IMG/VR virus record: IMGVR_UViG_3300046453_000081
Span: 1 to 64,000 of that record
Source: a virus
Direction: 5' to 3' (one strand)
Length of the DNA stretch: 64,000 nt
Shown: piece after piece, positions 9,788-20,658 of the stretch
Numbering within the stretch: position 1 is the stretch's first letter
How the letters are laid out: each line of letters starts with the position of its first letter
The notes under the pieces: model-generated
Databases searched by the model: none
What the model was told of the DNA's origin: nothing
The model's input: the letters and a program-made list of their open reading frames with translations, nothing else
Position numbers and translations under genes: made by a program

Positions 9788-10348
9788 TTATTTTATTTGT
9801 AATGAACTATTATTGTTCACTAGCTTTACGCCTAAATCTTTTAATTCAACTTCATCTAAGTCTTTAAAATCTCCAATTAATTCTTTAACATGTTTTAGCA
9901 TGTCTGCCTTACGAACACAGGATTCATCACGTTTTTGTGGCTTATCCCATTCTGTTGGCACTTTGTCAATATTGACAATTTGAAGTGTTGGAGGATTCTT
10001 TTTAAACCCAACATTACCGATTGAGGTCTGAATTTTCTTTTTGTTCTTGTGATTGTAGCCAAGTGATGACAACATTGTAGCCAAGTAATTATGTAAGCCT
10101 TCCATTTTTTTCTTGGTTGACTTTTCAAGTTTATCAAGCCTTTGTTTTTCAGCCTTGTACATTTCAACGTTTGCTTCTAAGTTCTTTATGTATTTCGCAA
10201 TGTTTTCTACTTTTTGAGTCAAGTCAATATCTATCAAACTATTAAGATATTGCTCTACTGCTTCAAAGGTTGCATCCCCTTCATCCATTGCTTCAAGTAC
10301 AACTTCTAACTGTTTAATGTTTTCAGCTATTTCGTACAGTTTTGGCAT
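9788..10348 (-). CDS. Siphovirus Gp157-family coiled-coil protein
   Basis: MPKLYEIA...KVENIAKYIKNLEA...KAEKQRL...FKKNPP...SLQIK. Confidence 0.8.
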   Translation of the reverse strand: MPKLYEIAENIKQLEVVLEAMDEGDATFEAVEQYLNSLIDIDLTQKVENIAKYIKNLEANVEMYKAEKQRLDKLEKSTKKKMEGLHNYLATMLSSLGYNHKNKKKIQTSIGNVGFKKNPPTLQIVNIDKVPTEWDKPQKRDESCVRKADMLKHVKELIGDFKDLDEVELKDLGVKLVNNNSSLQIK

Positions 10349-10362
10349 TTTTTACACTCTCC

Positions 10363-10719
10363 TTAGTTTTTCTTGTATTTTTCTACCATAATCAACATTG
10401 CAAAAGCCATGCCTTCATTGATGATTTCTAAAATCATATATCCCCAAGCACCAAACATAAAAAATGTTACAGTAGCATTGATAAGCATTAGGGTTAATGC
10501 AATGTTCAAATATCGCCAAAAATCTAAATTTATTCCTTCAACTTTTTTTGTTAAATAGGTCTGTTTCAGTTGAGGAAAATAACACCAAGTTAAATATGTG
10601 GTTGATAGTACAGGCAGTCCATTAAGTAAAACTTGAACATGACCACTCACTAAACTGTAAAGCACTCCTAATGCAATAATTATTACCTGTCCATAAAATA
10701 ATCTGTCCTTGTTAATCAT
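10363..10719 (-). CDS. PQ-loop/SemiSWEET-like small membrane protein
   Basis: YFPQLKQTYLTKKVEGINLDF with 3-4 hydrophobic segments. Confidence 0.7.
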   Translation of the reverse strand: MINKDRLFYGQVIIIALGVLYSLVSGHVQVLLNGLPVLSTTYLTWCYFPQLKQTYLTKKVEGINLDFWRYLNIALTLMLINATVTFFMFGAWGYMILEIINEGMAFAMLIMVEKYKKN

Positions 10720-10760
10720 TAATTCAATTCTCCCTTATTTCTCTCTGCTTTATAAATATA

Positions 10761-11684
10761 TTACATATTAATACTGTCTCTACATTCTGTAGCTTCATTT
10801 TCGTCTAAGAAAAATTTCCACCCATTATGGCTGTTTCTCTTTCTATCTAAACACATGCTTATATTGCCCTCGCTTAGATTGTATTGTTTAGCGAAGTTTT
10901 TCGCTCCAACAACTCTAACAATTTCAAGTGTTTTTAGATTTAGTGCAAAGAATTTTTTCAACCCATGTTCATATTTCTTCAGTAAAGATTCAAACGATTC
11001 ACTTGCATCACCAAATGTCCAACCCTTATGTCTAAAATGTCCGCCCTTGTTTAATAAGCTGTAAACTTGTCCACATTGTAATCCATTTTCTTCACAGAAC
11101 TTTTTTACATTTCTACCTTCAAAAAATTTACCTTCAGGAGAGATTGCTTTAAAACTCCTAGTGCTAGAGTTTTCTTCTATATTTCTACTTCTACTGACAA
11201 ACATACACGTATCTAGTGAATATGTCTTATTTGCAACCTCTTTTTGTCTAATGTCTTTGTCAAGTTGTAGTTCGCCTGAGTAAAATTTATCTTCATCGTA
11301 ACCAATAATATCAACTATGTCGTTATGGAAATTTGTATAATTAAGCCATCTCTCACAAACCGTTATACCTTTTGCTCCGTAATTTTTAAATGAAGCGTTA
11401 GTCGGACTGTAACATCTGCCTAGCAAACCTCTCCAAAGACTAATAATTTTTTTATCAGTTTGACCGAACATATCACCCAAGAAACCTACTCCATATACTT
11501 TAGGTTTATAGTAATCTTTAACTAGGTTTTGTCTAACACAGCTTCTATCAGCTTCATATTCAAAACCTGTTTCTAAGAATCTTATCCAATAGAATTTCTT
11601 GTGTCGTTGTTTTTTCTCAATTCTAGTTATTCTTTCGACAATATATTTTCCATAATTTTCCATTTTCCCGAACTGTACCCACAA
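10761..11684 (-). CDS. Free-standing HNH-type homing endonuclease with C-terminal NUMOD-like repeats
   Basis: WRGLLGRCY...YGAKGITVCERWLNY.NF, LQLDKD, DTCMFV; two C-terminal HTH-like repeats ending HKGWTF and HNGWKF. Confidence 0.75.
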   Translation of the reverse strand: MWVQFGKMENYGKYIVERITRIEKKQRHKKFYWIRFLETGFEYEADRSCVRQNLVKDYYKPKVYGVGFLGDMFGQTDKKIISLWRGLLGRCYSPTNASFKNYGAKGITVCERWLNYTNFHNDIVDIIGYDEDKFYSGELQLDKDIRQKEVANKTYSLDTCMFVSRSRNIEENSSTRSFKAISPEGKFFEGRNVKKFCEENGLQCGQVYSLLNKGGHFRHKGWTFGDASESFESLLKKYEHGLKKFFALNLKTLEIVRVVGAKNFAKQYNLSEGNISMCLDRKRNSHNGWKFFLDENEATECRDSINM

Positions 11685-11695
11685 AATCCACGAGT

Positions 11696-12169
11696 TTACC
11701 CCATTTCTTTTATAGTCTCAACCAATTCATCAACAGATGTACATATTTTACCATTTGATTTTTTAATTATTCCAATCACAAATAAATTAAAGTATCTCCA
11801 CTGTAACTCAAAAGGGTCTTCTATAAAAGCGTCTATTTTTTCTTTATTATTTCTTCCTTGTGTTCTAATGTCTGTAGATAAGGCAACTATTTTTTTTCCA
11901 CTCTCAAACGCTATGCCTAACTCCACCAACATTCCTTCATCCATACTGTCTAAAACTGCTATAAATAAATCTGATTCATACAACTCTTTTAAATCACCAT
12001 CTACTATCATTATACTATTTGCGAATTGACTTTTATCGTTGATTGAATTATTTTCCATTGGATTGTAAAGTTTTAAAGAAGGAATTGCACTTCTAATTTC
12101 TTTTGCAATTAATTCATTAACAATCCTATTCCCCAAGTCAAACAAATTGTTAGCTAAATAGCCTTTCAT
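11696..12169 (-). CDS. Nucleoside 2-deoxyribosyltransferase-like protein
   Basis: GYLAN.LF, LYNPMEN, D...LYESDLFIAVLD, DEGMLVELGIA, DIR, NLFVIG. Confidence 0.8.
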   Translation of the reverse strand: MKGYLANNLFDLGNRIVNELIAKEIRSAIPSLKLYNPMENNSINDKSQFANSIMIVDGDLKELYESDLFIAVLDSMDEGMLVELGIAFESGKKIVALSTDIRTQGRNNKEKIDAFIEDPFELQWRYFNLFVIGIIKKSNGKICTSVDELVETIKEMG

Positions 12170-12197
12170 ACTATCACCACACTTTCAATATATATTT

Positions 12198-12938
12198 TTA
12201 CTCTTTGCCTTCAACTTTTTTCAAAACACTTTTTAGTGATTCTCCAATAGTTTCAGAACTAGCTTTTATTGAATCCCCCATAATTTGAACACTATTTTTT
12301 ATTTCAGCATCCATATATGACATCATTTGTCCTGTAGAACGATAACTCATTACCATTTCACTAGCATTGAGGATTGCTGATTTTGTACCAAATCCATCAG
12401 CGACAAAATTCCCCGCATGAATACCTTTAATGCCCAAGCTAGTAGCTTCACCAATTGCATCTTGGTTAGCACCTAAATAAATAAATTGCCAATTATATTT
12501 ATCAGTTTGGTGTGAAATTTTGTCCATTATAATGCTTCTCGTGTATTCTCTTGAAGAATTCTCTTGTCCATCAGTCAAAATAGCAAAAACTACATTTTCA
12601 GGTTTTTCATCTTCGTGAGTTTTGCTCAACCTATTCCCAACACTATCAATCATGTTGCCAATAGTATCTAAAAGTGCAGTTCCACCTGAAGGTATGAATG
12701 TTTCTTCGCTTAACAATTCAACTTCGTTAATGTCTCTGCCTTCAAACACGACTTGATGACTAGGTGTTTTATAGCAACTGCTAGAAAACAATACCAATGT
12801 CATTTTAGCTTCGCCATCTAATTTCTTCTGTTCTTCTACAAAACTGTTAAATCCACCAATTGCATCTTGTTTAATGCCCCACATTGAACCACTTTTATCT
12901 AATATAAAAACTATTTCCGTTAAGCCCTTTTTAGTCAA
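12198..12938 (-). CDS. von Willebrand factor A domain protein
   Basis: MIDAS motif ILDKSGSM, GGTALLD, ILTDGQENSS. Confidence 0.88.
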   Translation of the reverse strand: MTKKGLTEIVFILDKSGSMWGIKQDAIGGFNSFVEEQKKLDGEAKMTLVLFSSSCYKTPSHQVVFEGRDINEVELLSEETFIPSGGTALLDTIGNMIDSVGNRLSKTHEDEKPENVVFAILTDGQENSSREYTRSIIMDKISHQTDKYNWQFIYLGANQDAIGEATSLGIKGIHAGNFVADGFGTKSAILNASEMVMSYRSTGQMMSYMDAEIKNSVQIMGDSIKASSETIGESLKSVLKKVEGKE

Positions 12939-13149
12939 TTTAATTTCCTCCTTACTATTGTTTTTCTATTTCTTTGATTGTCACAAATTTATTATTGAAT
13001 CGCTCATAGCCTTTGCCAGTGAACTCCTCATAAGACTGTGGTGATTTACCATTGTATTGTGGTGCGAACTCCTCATTGTTCATCCTTGCTTCCATTCTAC
13101 GTTCTCTACGATTTTTCATTAATAATCCACTCCTAATTATATTTATTAT

Positions 13150-14445
13150 TTAGATTGCTTCCTCTTCTAAGCTTTCAGCTTCCTCAATGTCTAATATGTC
13201 ATCAGCTTTTACAATAGATTCTAAACATTTGAAATTAAAGTTCTTGTGCTTAAACGCTGTAAACTTTTGTTTATTGTCAATTCGTACTATAACTCCTTCT
13301 CTAATATGGGATTTACCAATTGGGTCAGCACCATCTTCAAATTTTCTCACTCTTTCCAGTAAATCTTCTCTAGATGTGAATAAGAATTTGTCTAGAATAG
13401 GTACAAAGTTAACAGCCATTTGCTCACAACGTAATTTGACTAATTCTGTAGGGTAATCAATAATCTGACCATCTTCATTTGTCATTGTTATTCTATAAAC
13501 ATAAATTTCACTCTGACCTGTTCCACAACCATATGTAAAACGTGTCTTATTGCCATATTGTTTGATAAACTCTTTGTCTTTAGTTTTCTTATTGTCACAT
13601 TCAGGCATAATTAATTGGTCTTCTTTTGTGAACCCTACCACCTCATAGTAAGCGCACTCCCCTTTATGAAGCTTGCCCGCAAAAAAATCATGCCATTGCT
13701 GTCTAAACTCATTTCCACCGTAGAATCCACCACTGTAGTTTTCTAAGGTGACTCGTCTAGTCCCACTGATATAGTCCCATGTCTTTTTTGATTTGAATTT
13801 AAACCCTATTTTATTTAACACTTGTTGGAGTAGATTAACAGTCTTTTTCTTAATTGTGTGTGCAGTACGCTGAGATGTTCCATGAAGTTTAAGTGTGATG
13901 TAACATAAATCCCCTTCTTTAAACTGTTGAGTATTATATGCCAATTGTGATGTATCTACATGCTGTTCGAATAATGGATATGATTCTTTTGGGGCTTTCT
14001 TTTTTACTTTTGTAGTATTTACTGAATTGCTGTTAACTTTACGTTTAGGTACATATTTTTCACAAATCAACACTCCCTTAAGAGTTGTAATTGTGTCACC
14101 CTCTTTGAGAGTGGAAATATTACAAAAACTAGAAAGAGATTCAATAGGTACATACAAACCATCTGATTTTTCGCCACGCAATTTTAGGCTTGTAATATGT
14201 CTTCTCTCATAGTCAAGATAACCGCCCATAGGATAACCATTTTCATCTTTTCTTAATAGATTGTTTGCCCTTGCAAATTCAAGTCCTAATTTACCATCTG
14301 TTGGAAAATATACTCCAAGGTCACCCTCATTAACATCTAAGCCAACAATAACAGAATTTCCAAATAGTGTAGCAACTTGTAATCTATCAGCATTTTCATG
14401 TTTTCTTAATTCTTTAATTCTAGTAACATATCCGCAATAACTCAT
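13150..14445 (-). CDS. RNA ligase (OB-fold plus nucleotidyltransferase, DRB0094-like)
   Basis: HENADRLQ N-terminal domain, motif I TLKLHGTS, YYEVVG, REGVIVR, FKHKN..FK. Confidence 0.8.
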   Translation of the reverse strand: MSYCGYVTRIKELRKHENADRLQVATLFGNSVIVGLDVNEGDLGVYFPTDGKLGLEFARANNLLRKDENGYPMGGYLDYERRHITSLKLRGEKSDGLYVPIESLSSFCNISTLKEGDTITTLKGVLICEKYVPKRKVNSNSVNTTKVKKKAPKESYPLFEQHVDTSQLAYNTQQFKEGDLCYITLKLHGTSQRTAHTIKKKTVNLLQQVLNKIGFKFKSKKTWDYISGTRRVTLENYSGGFYGGNEFRQQWHDFFAGKLHKGECAYYEVVGFTKEDQLIMPECDNKKTKDKEFIKQYGNKTRFTYGCGTGQSEIYVYRITMTNEDGQIIDYPTELVKLRCEQMAVNFVPILDKFLFTSREDLLERVRKFEDGADPIGKSHIREGVIVRIDNKQKFTAFKHKNFNFKCLESIVKADDILDIEEAESLEEEAI

Positions 14446-14474
14446 TGGTTCATGCTCCTTTTGTTTGTTTTATT

Positions 14475-17044
14475 TTAAATACTAATATTAAATTCTTCTA
14501 ATATATTAATGATATTCTCATTGGTTATTTGTTCGAATTCATATTCATCCCAAATATCAATTATACCCTGTGTAACGAAATCAAAATCTAACACGCCACG
14601 TAATGCTTGAACTAGTTTTTTAAGAGACTCATACATCTCAGAATGTACTGACTGTTCGCAACAAAGATATAATAATCTACCAATCTCCAAACTGACTACA
14701 TCTTTTTTCATATTTTTATCTCCTTAAACTATTTATTGCTATACAATGTTGAGTTAGCAAGGAATGCACCCTTCCAGTTGAATTCATCATTGATTATTTG
14801 TTCATATTCATATTCGTTTAATTTAATAGTGTCATTTACATGGCATGTAATCATATTGATATATTTGTCATACTCTTTAATAAAATTTTGTGGTTTAGAT
14901 GGTTCTTGTGGTCTTTGTCCAGTTCCACCATAATTGACCCAATCTTTCATTTTTTCACTATGTTCTTCCATTTTTAATTTCCAACCATCTAATTGGTCTT
15001 TGTATTCAAGAATATGTTTTGCTTTATTAGTCCCAAGGGTTTTTAATACAACACTTTTAAACATTGTAATATCCATTTTGACTCCTCCTTCGAATTGTAT
15101 TTAATCTATTTATTTGATAAGACTGAACCTCTTAATTAATTGACCATTTTCTTGTAATTTGTACCCAAAGAAATCATCCACTTCTCTAGCCCAAACTCTA
15201 TCAGTGTCATAGTCCTTCTCGGATTGATAAATAACATGTGGGTATTCAGAATCAATAAACATAACTCCATCCAACCCATACAGTTCAACGTCATGAGTGT
15301 TTTCATGATACCTTGCTGTGCCTAGAAGGTCTAAGCTTTGAACAGTTTTGAATGATAGGTTACCATCTCTTAGTGGAAAAGCAATTCCTTGAAAGAAATA
15401 TTCTCCACCTTTGCAATGTTTATATTTGTCTGCATATCTCATTTATCTATCCCCTCCTATCATCGTATAGCGTCATTAATCAAACCAATTCCAATCATCT
15501 GTATCTATGATGAAAACCCCGAAAACTATCACCAAAACAATAATTATAACAATTGTCCAAAACGTCCCCATCTCTTCGCCCTCCTTCGGAATATTAGTCA
15601 AATGAACACTTTGTTTCGTAATGTGTCGTTAACCCCTTAATCGTTCCATCTGTTCATCATTTAAAATAATAGTTGTATCTTCAAAAACAATTTTATGAAC
15701 AAGTTCGCTATTATCAGTATGGCAAGAAATAAAAACCAATTTATCATCTCTTAAATCAATAGTGGTACGTTCCTTTTTCACAATTTTCACTCCTTCATCT
15801 TTTGTTTCGAAAGCGTCTTCTCTACTTATCTTCTTTTTCTCTTTTTTGGATAAGAATTACTTAGCAAAGCCCAAGATGGAAATATAACTAAGAATGCAGA
15901 TATGTAACCTGACAAGCCTGCACACATTATTTTTACAATGCTCCAAGCGATAAGGCTTGCGTTTATAACTCCGTTTTTCACCAATAAACTAACAGCTTCA
16001 ATAAGTCCAATAATTCCACCAACAAAACACACCCAAAGTCCCACATAAACACCTAGTGCAATACCCGCAATGATTCCAAATATACCTATAACCGTTCTCA
16101 TTTAATCACCCCTTTTAGACAATGTGTTTTTTTACAACTTTACCGAATAAAATATCCATATCTTCCAAACTATCAAATTCAATAATGAATAAATTGTCAA
16201 AATATTTTCCTTTTGGGAAGGTAATCATATGACCGTAAGGTTTGCATAATACTTTCTTCTTCTTGTTCCAATCATAACGATATGCGTTACCTCTTTCGAA
16301 AATCATTGCATAGTGAACGAGTTGTATATCATTTGTTAATAGTGGAAAATGCTTTTTAAATCTTTTCTTCATCTTTGCTCTCTCCTATCTTGTCTTTATT
16401 TAATAATTCCCAACTAATCATAAGAACTTCTTGAATAAAATCTTTCTCAGCTTGGTCTTTTGGAACTGAATAATGACCAACTTCGTTTTTTCCATAATAG
16501 CTAGATGCTATGTTAAATAAATGTTCTAATAAATCTTTATCTCTAGGCTCTGTTTCTCTATTTAATTTTTTCTTTCTTTCATTCAATGATATTTGAAGCT
16601 TAATAATAAAGTCTTGTATTTCATCGTCAGACATATAGATATAGATACCATCGTCACCACCACTATTTTCAATAGCAATATGAGTTGTACCTTTTGACAT
16701 AGTATCCTGACCAACACAAACATCTGTTTCATTTGGACTGTAGGAGTTATATATTACGTTCATAATTAATATTCTTCCTCAATGGAGATTTCGTTAATGT
16801 CCCCTAAGTAAATATTGCCTTGAACTACTTTTTCAAGCATTTCCCACTCGTAATCAAGCCATTCTGTTTCATCGCCCTTGTCTTCAATACTTAGTGATAA
16901 ATCAGCATCAAATAATTTTTCTTTTGCTTCTTCTTCATTTTCCGCTTTTACACCAACCATCAGTTTTACCAGTACTGGAACTTCAATATAGAAATCTTTC
17001 AATCTAATTCCTCCCTGTCGCTGTGTTTTTTTATTCAAATACAT
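14475..17044 (-). CDS. Run of small hypothetical genes (14475-14711, 14729-15076, 15110-15442 DUF1653-like, 15826-16101 membrane protein, 16115-16372, 16356-16763, 16766-17044)
   Basis: Tightly packed co-oriented ORFs with RBSs; YKHCKGGEY...WARE..DFF in 15110-15442. Confidence 0.6.
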
Positions 17045-17047
17045 ATT

Positions 17048-17422
17048 TTAATCGTATTGCCTAGTAAGCCCTTGTTCTGCCTTGGCATCTTTTAAAGCCA
17101 GTTCCCAATTTATTTCTTCATCCATTCTTTCGATAATGATTAATCTGTTTGGAAATAAAACCGTTACCCATTCAGTAAGATTAGTTTTAAATCGACTATA
17201 AATCTTCACATGTCCTTCAACTGATGGGTTAATTTTAAAATAAGTAAGCCCTAACCTAAACAACTGTCTATCATTTGCACTTTCATAACATTCAATGTCT
17301 GTATCTTCCAAATAACAATCATTCATACAGCACCACATAGCATATGAAACATTGGTACAGATTTCATTAATGTCATGTCCTTTAACGTAAGCACCATTTT
17401 TGAAAAAGTTTATTGTAATCAA
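17048..17422 (-). CDS. Possible Prp-like (ribosomal L27-processing) cysteine protease
   Basis: N-terminus MITINF...VKGHD..EIC.NVS resembles the Prp GH...C dyad pattern. Confidence 0.45.
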   Translation of the reverse strand: MITINFFKNGAYVKGHDINEICTNVSYAMWCCMNDCYLEDTDIECYESANDRQLFRLGLTYFKINPSVEGHVKIYSRFKTNLTEWVTVLFPNRLIIIERMDEEINWELALKDAKAEQGLTRQYD

Positions 17423-17452
17423 AATCTCACTTTCCTTTACGACATAATTCCG

Positions 17453-17767
17453 TCAATTGTATATAAGGAATTGATTCTTTATATTTTGACACTGCCTAAC
17501 AGTTAATTTTAATTTTCTCGCTATTTCATTCATATCAAAACCGTTATTAAGCATTTCTAGAATCATTGAAAATCTTATTATATTAACATGGTGTCGTTTA
17601 ACCCCAACTTTTTGTTTCCATCTATCCAAGGTGTGATGCCCAACAAATAGGTCAACAGCAATTTCGCCATCACTTTGACCATTAATTTTTCTTATAATGT
17701 AATCATCAATTGTCAACATAGAGTCTAATATACTACTACCTTTTGTTGTCATGTGCCATCTTTCCAA
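17453..17767 (-). CDS. Helix-turn-helix DNA-binding protein
   Basis: SDGEIAVDLFVGHHTLDRWK and MNEIARKLKLTVRQCQNI. Confidence 0.6.
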   Translation of the reverse strand: MERWHMTTKGSSILDSMLTIDDYIIRKINGQSDGEIAVDLFVGHHTLDRWKQKVGVKRHHVNIIRFSMILEMLNNGFDMNEIARKLKLTVRQCQNIKNQFLIYN

Positions 17768-18020
17768 TCTATTGATAGAATAAGTCTTTGCCTAAAAAAT
17801 ATGCCATTATTATTAATGTGTAAATAATCAAAATGAAGCCCGCAAATACAGGATATTTCTTAGATAAAAACAAAGTAATTATTATCATGGTAAGAACTAA
17901 TGTCATTACTGCCAACAATGGTATAGATAAAATCATAGTTATCATTCCTATCTTTGTACAATATTGTGGGCAACACTTTTCTATAAATGCTACCCACAAT
18001 ATTATTATTTATTATATTTA

Positions 18021-18770
18021 TTACTTGTTGCTTGAACCAACTTTGCCTTCTCCACGTTCAGATGGGATAGCTTGCAGTTGCTCTAAAGTGATTTCTTTTA
18101 CTCTTACATTTGGAACAATATCAAGTGTGGCTTGTGCAATCGCTTGGTCAGCAGGATAATATACTACACCCAAAGTCCTGTCAAGAACAGCCTTTTTCTT
18201 TCCATTAACAATAGGGAAAGGATAAATTTTTGAAATGATTACATCAAACTTTGTAGGAACAATATTTACAAACCATTCTCCACGATAGCCTGAGTCAACT
18301 AACCCCGCCAACACAGACATGCCCCATTTTGCTGTTGAACCTCTTTCGTGTTTTAAATTGAAAAAATATTTAGGCAAAAGTGAAGACGCAATTCCTGTTG
18401 GAATCATGTTTGACTCTCCCGCTACCAACCGTAATTGGTCGCCTTCAAAATCTGTATATACATCATATCCTGCATCCTCATGACGCTTACTAGGAATGAT
18501 AGCTGTATCACGAACCTTTGCAAACAGAACAGTATCAGTTCTACGTTGCTTTGCAACTGATTTAGAATCAGTTTTAGCAATCGGATTCTTTTTGATGATT
18601 AACTTGTCAATCTCCATGAATTTAACAGTTTTTTCATGAAAACTTCCATCTTCTTGCTTTACAGATACACGTACAGACAAGTTTGGAATATCTAAAGATA
18701 ATACCTTTGCCTTTGTTTTTTCTGATACCAACCAAACCATTTCGTCAATTTTGTAATAACGCTTTGCCAT
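18021..18770 (-). CDS. dut: Trimeric dUTPase with an N-terminal extension
   Basis: Motifs AGYDVY, ERGS, GLVDSGYRGE, IAQA, RGEGKVGSS. Confidence 0.9.
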   Translation of the reverse strand: MAKRYYKIDEMVWLVSEKTKAKVLSLDIPNLSVRVSVKQEDGSFHEKTVKFMEIDKLIIKKNPIAKTDSKSVAKQRRTDTVLFAKVRDTAIIPSKRHEDAGYDVYTDFEGDQLRLVAGESNMIPTGIASSLLPKYFFNLKHERGSTAKWGMSVLAGLVDSGYRGEWFVNIVPTKFDVIISKIYPFPIVNGKKKAVLDRTLGVVYYPADQAIAQATLDIVPNVRVKEITLEQLQAIPSERGEGKVGSSNK

Positions 18771-18833
18771 TTTTAAATTCCTCCATCAAATGTTTTTATT
18801 GTTTATGTATTAGAAGGTTTCCCTTCATTAATA

Positions 18834-18862
18834 ATGATACCATTATATTTATCACCTGTCAA
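18834..18862 (-). promoter_or_regulatory. SigA promoter upstream of dut with the repeated motif in its spacer
   Basis: TTGACA-ggtgataaatataatgg(17)-TATCAT; GAAGG-GAAA-CCTTC hairpin just downstream. Confidence 0.7.
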
Positions 18863-18917
18863 TAATAAAGAATTTTTATGTTCTTCTATTTGTCGGCTTC
18901 AAGTGTGACAGAATATA

Positions 18918-18946
18918 ATTCTATCATATATATTGATTTTTGTCAA
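18918..18946 (-). promoter_or_regulatory. Second SigA promoter upstream of dut
   Basis: TTGACA-17 nt-TAGAAT, with a TG extended -10. Confidence 0.65.
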
Positions 18947-18971
18947 GCCCCATGATACTACATGTAGTGTT

Positions 18972-20597
18972 TTACACTATCCTATAGCCATCAAGCAAAA
19001 CCTGATTCGTCCTATATTCCTTACCCCAATTAGTCCTATAGATATTCAAATTCAACTGTCCAACTACTTCAATTTCTGCCATGTCAGGTATGTCTGAAGC
19101 ATAGTTAGATTTGGTATTAAACTTGATTAGAGTGATGTCATCCAATTGAATCTTAACATGATTATTGTTTGCTCCCATAGTCTTTCTTCCATCTTTGTCA
19201 TAGATAATACCTGTTACCTTAAATGTGGCAATAGGAAACCCTTGTCCCGCAAGATAATTTATTTTCTCTATATCTAGCAATAAGTCTTCCGTAATCTCAG
19301 AAACATCAAATTCCATATCGTATTCTAAAACATTGTCAAACTCAAAACTAGCTAATTCTTTATTAATACAATCCTTAAAAGCTTGTAAGTTTTTAGCATA
19401 TAGGGTAACTCCACCCGCAAACGTGTGTCCTTCTGCCGAGTTAACATATTCACACTTCCTTAAAAACTTTTGAACATTGAAGTCACCAATTGTTCTGTAA
19501 CTTCCTGCCAATGTCCCCTTATGCTCTCTCATTACAAGAGTGGGTTTTTGATGTTCTTGTGAAATGTTTGTAGCCACTAACCCATTAAATGATTTGCTTG
19601 CAGTATCACCAATTGCAATCAGAATCTTATCGTTAAAGTCAGTATTCTTAGAATATTCTTCAGCCAACCTATTTTGTATCAACTTTCGTTCATCGTTGAG
19701 TTTACTTAATTCTTCAGCCAAATATAGACATTCCTCATAGTCGTCTGACATCACAAGTTGTAATGCTAATTCTATTTTGCCCATACGTGAACAACCATTG
19801 ATTAATGGGACAATTGTGAATCCTAGTGTTTGAGAGTTTACATCTTCTAGTCTAGTGTTTTTAACTTCAAGAACTGCCTTAATACCATAATTTTTAATAC
19901 TCTTCATTCCCTGAATAATTAAATACCTATTTTCCATAATGTCAACTCGCATCATGTCACCATATATCCCAATGCCACACATGTCTACTAATTCCCAAAC
20001 TTTATTACTTTTGAGTTTTTCGTCCATTACTTGAATGGTTTTAAAAGTTACTCCTGCCCCACTTAGATTCTTATTTGGATAATCATCATTCTGTGGATTT
20101 ACTAAAGTTGCATATGGATTTTCTACATCAATTTGGTGATGGTCAAGAATAACAACTTCCATCCCCTTGTCCTGAAGTTGTTTACAGGCTTTAACAGAAT
20201 TCGATGAAGAGTCTAGGATAATAACTAAATCAGTCCCATCTTCTACAAATTGTAATTGATTCTCAATTCCATGACCCTTATCTCTCTGATTGTAAATATA
20301 GTATATGTTGTCAGTAAACTGCCTTAAATATCTAACCATTATTCCAGTGGACATTACTCCATCACTGTCACAGTCAGCACTAACACATATTCTCTTATTC
20401 TTTAAGACTGCTTCTAAAATAATATTTGAAGCTTTAACAATATTGTCTAATAATTTAGGACTATGTAATTCTTTTACTGTTGGGTTGAGGAAGTCTCTAA
20501 TTTTATCTTTTGGGATTCCTCTGATACGTGCTATATTCTCTGTGATAGAGTATCTTTTATGAGGTTCAAGAACAGGATTTCTCTTTTTCCATTCCAT
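18972..20597 (-). CDS. recJ: RecJ-like single-stranded DNA exonuclease (DHH family; SPbeta YorK-like)
   Basis: DCDSDG, ILDHH, LSGAGV, D..RV...NR, PLING..R, GSYR, GHTFAGG. Confidence 0.92.
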   Translation of the reverse strand: MEWKKRNPVLEPHKRYSITENIARIRGIPKDKIRDFLNPTVKELHSPKLLDNIVKASNIILEAVLKNKRICVSADCDSDGVMSTGIMVRYLRQFTDNIYYIYNQRDKGHGIENQLQFVEDGTDLVIILDSSSNSVKACKQLQDKGMEVVILDHHQIDVENPYATLVNPQNDDYPNKNLSGAGVTFKTIQVMDEKLKSNKVWELVDMCGIGIYGDMMRVDIMENRYLIIQGMKSIKNYGIKAVLEVKNTRLEDVNSQTLGFTIVPLINGCSRMGKIELALQLVMSDDYEECLYLAEELSKLNDERKLIQNRLAEEYSKNTDFNDKILIAIGDTASKSFNGLVATNISQEHQKPTLVMREHKGTLAGSYRTIGDFNVQKFLRKCEYVNSAEGHTFAGGVTLYAKNLQAFKDCINKELASFEFDNVLEYDMEFDVSEITEDLLLDIEKINYLAGQGFPIATFKVTGIIYDKDGRKTMGANNNHVKIQLDDITLIKFNTKSNYASDIPDMAEIEVVGQLNLNIYRTNWGKEYRTNQVLLDGYRIV

Positions 20598-20620
20598 TTA
20601 ACCACTCCTTAATTATATTT

Positions 20621-20650
20621 AACACCTGCATTAATATTAACACAGGTGTT
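20621..20650. terminator. Stem-loop upstream of recJ
   Basis: AACACCTG...CAGGTGTT inverted repeat. Confidence 0.45.
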
Positions 20651-20658
20651 TTATCTAG

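Noticed and set aside
417-11684. HNH genes at 417-1049 and 10761-11684 as intron-encoded ORFs
   Set aside because: Flanking genes appear complete and there is no room for ribozyme core sequence; treated as free-standing.
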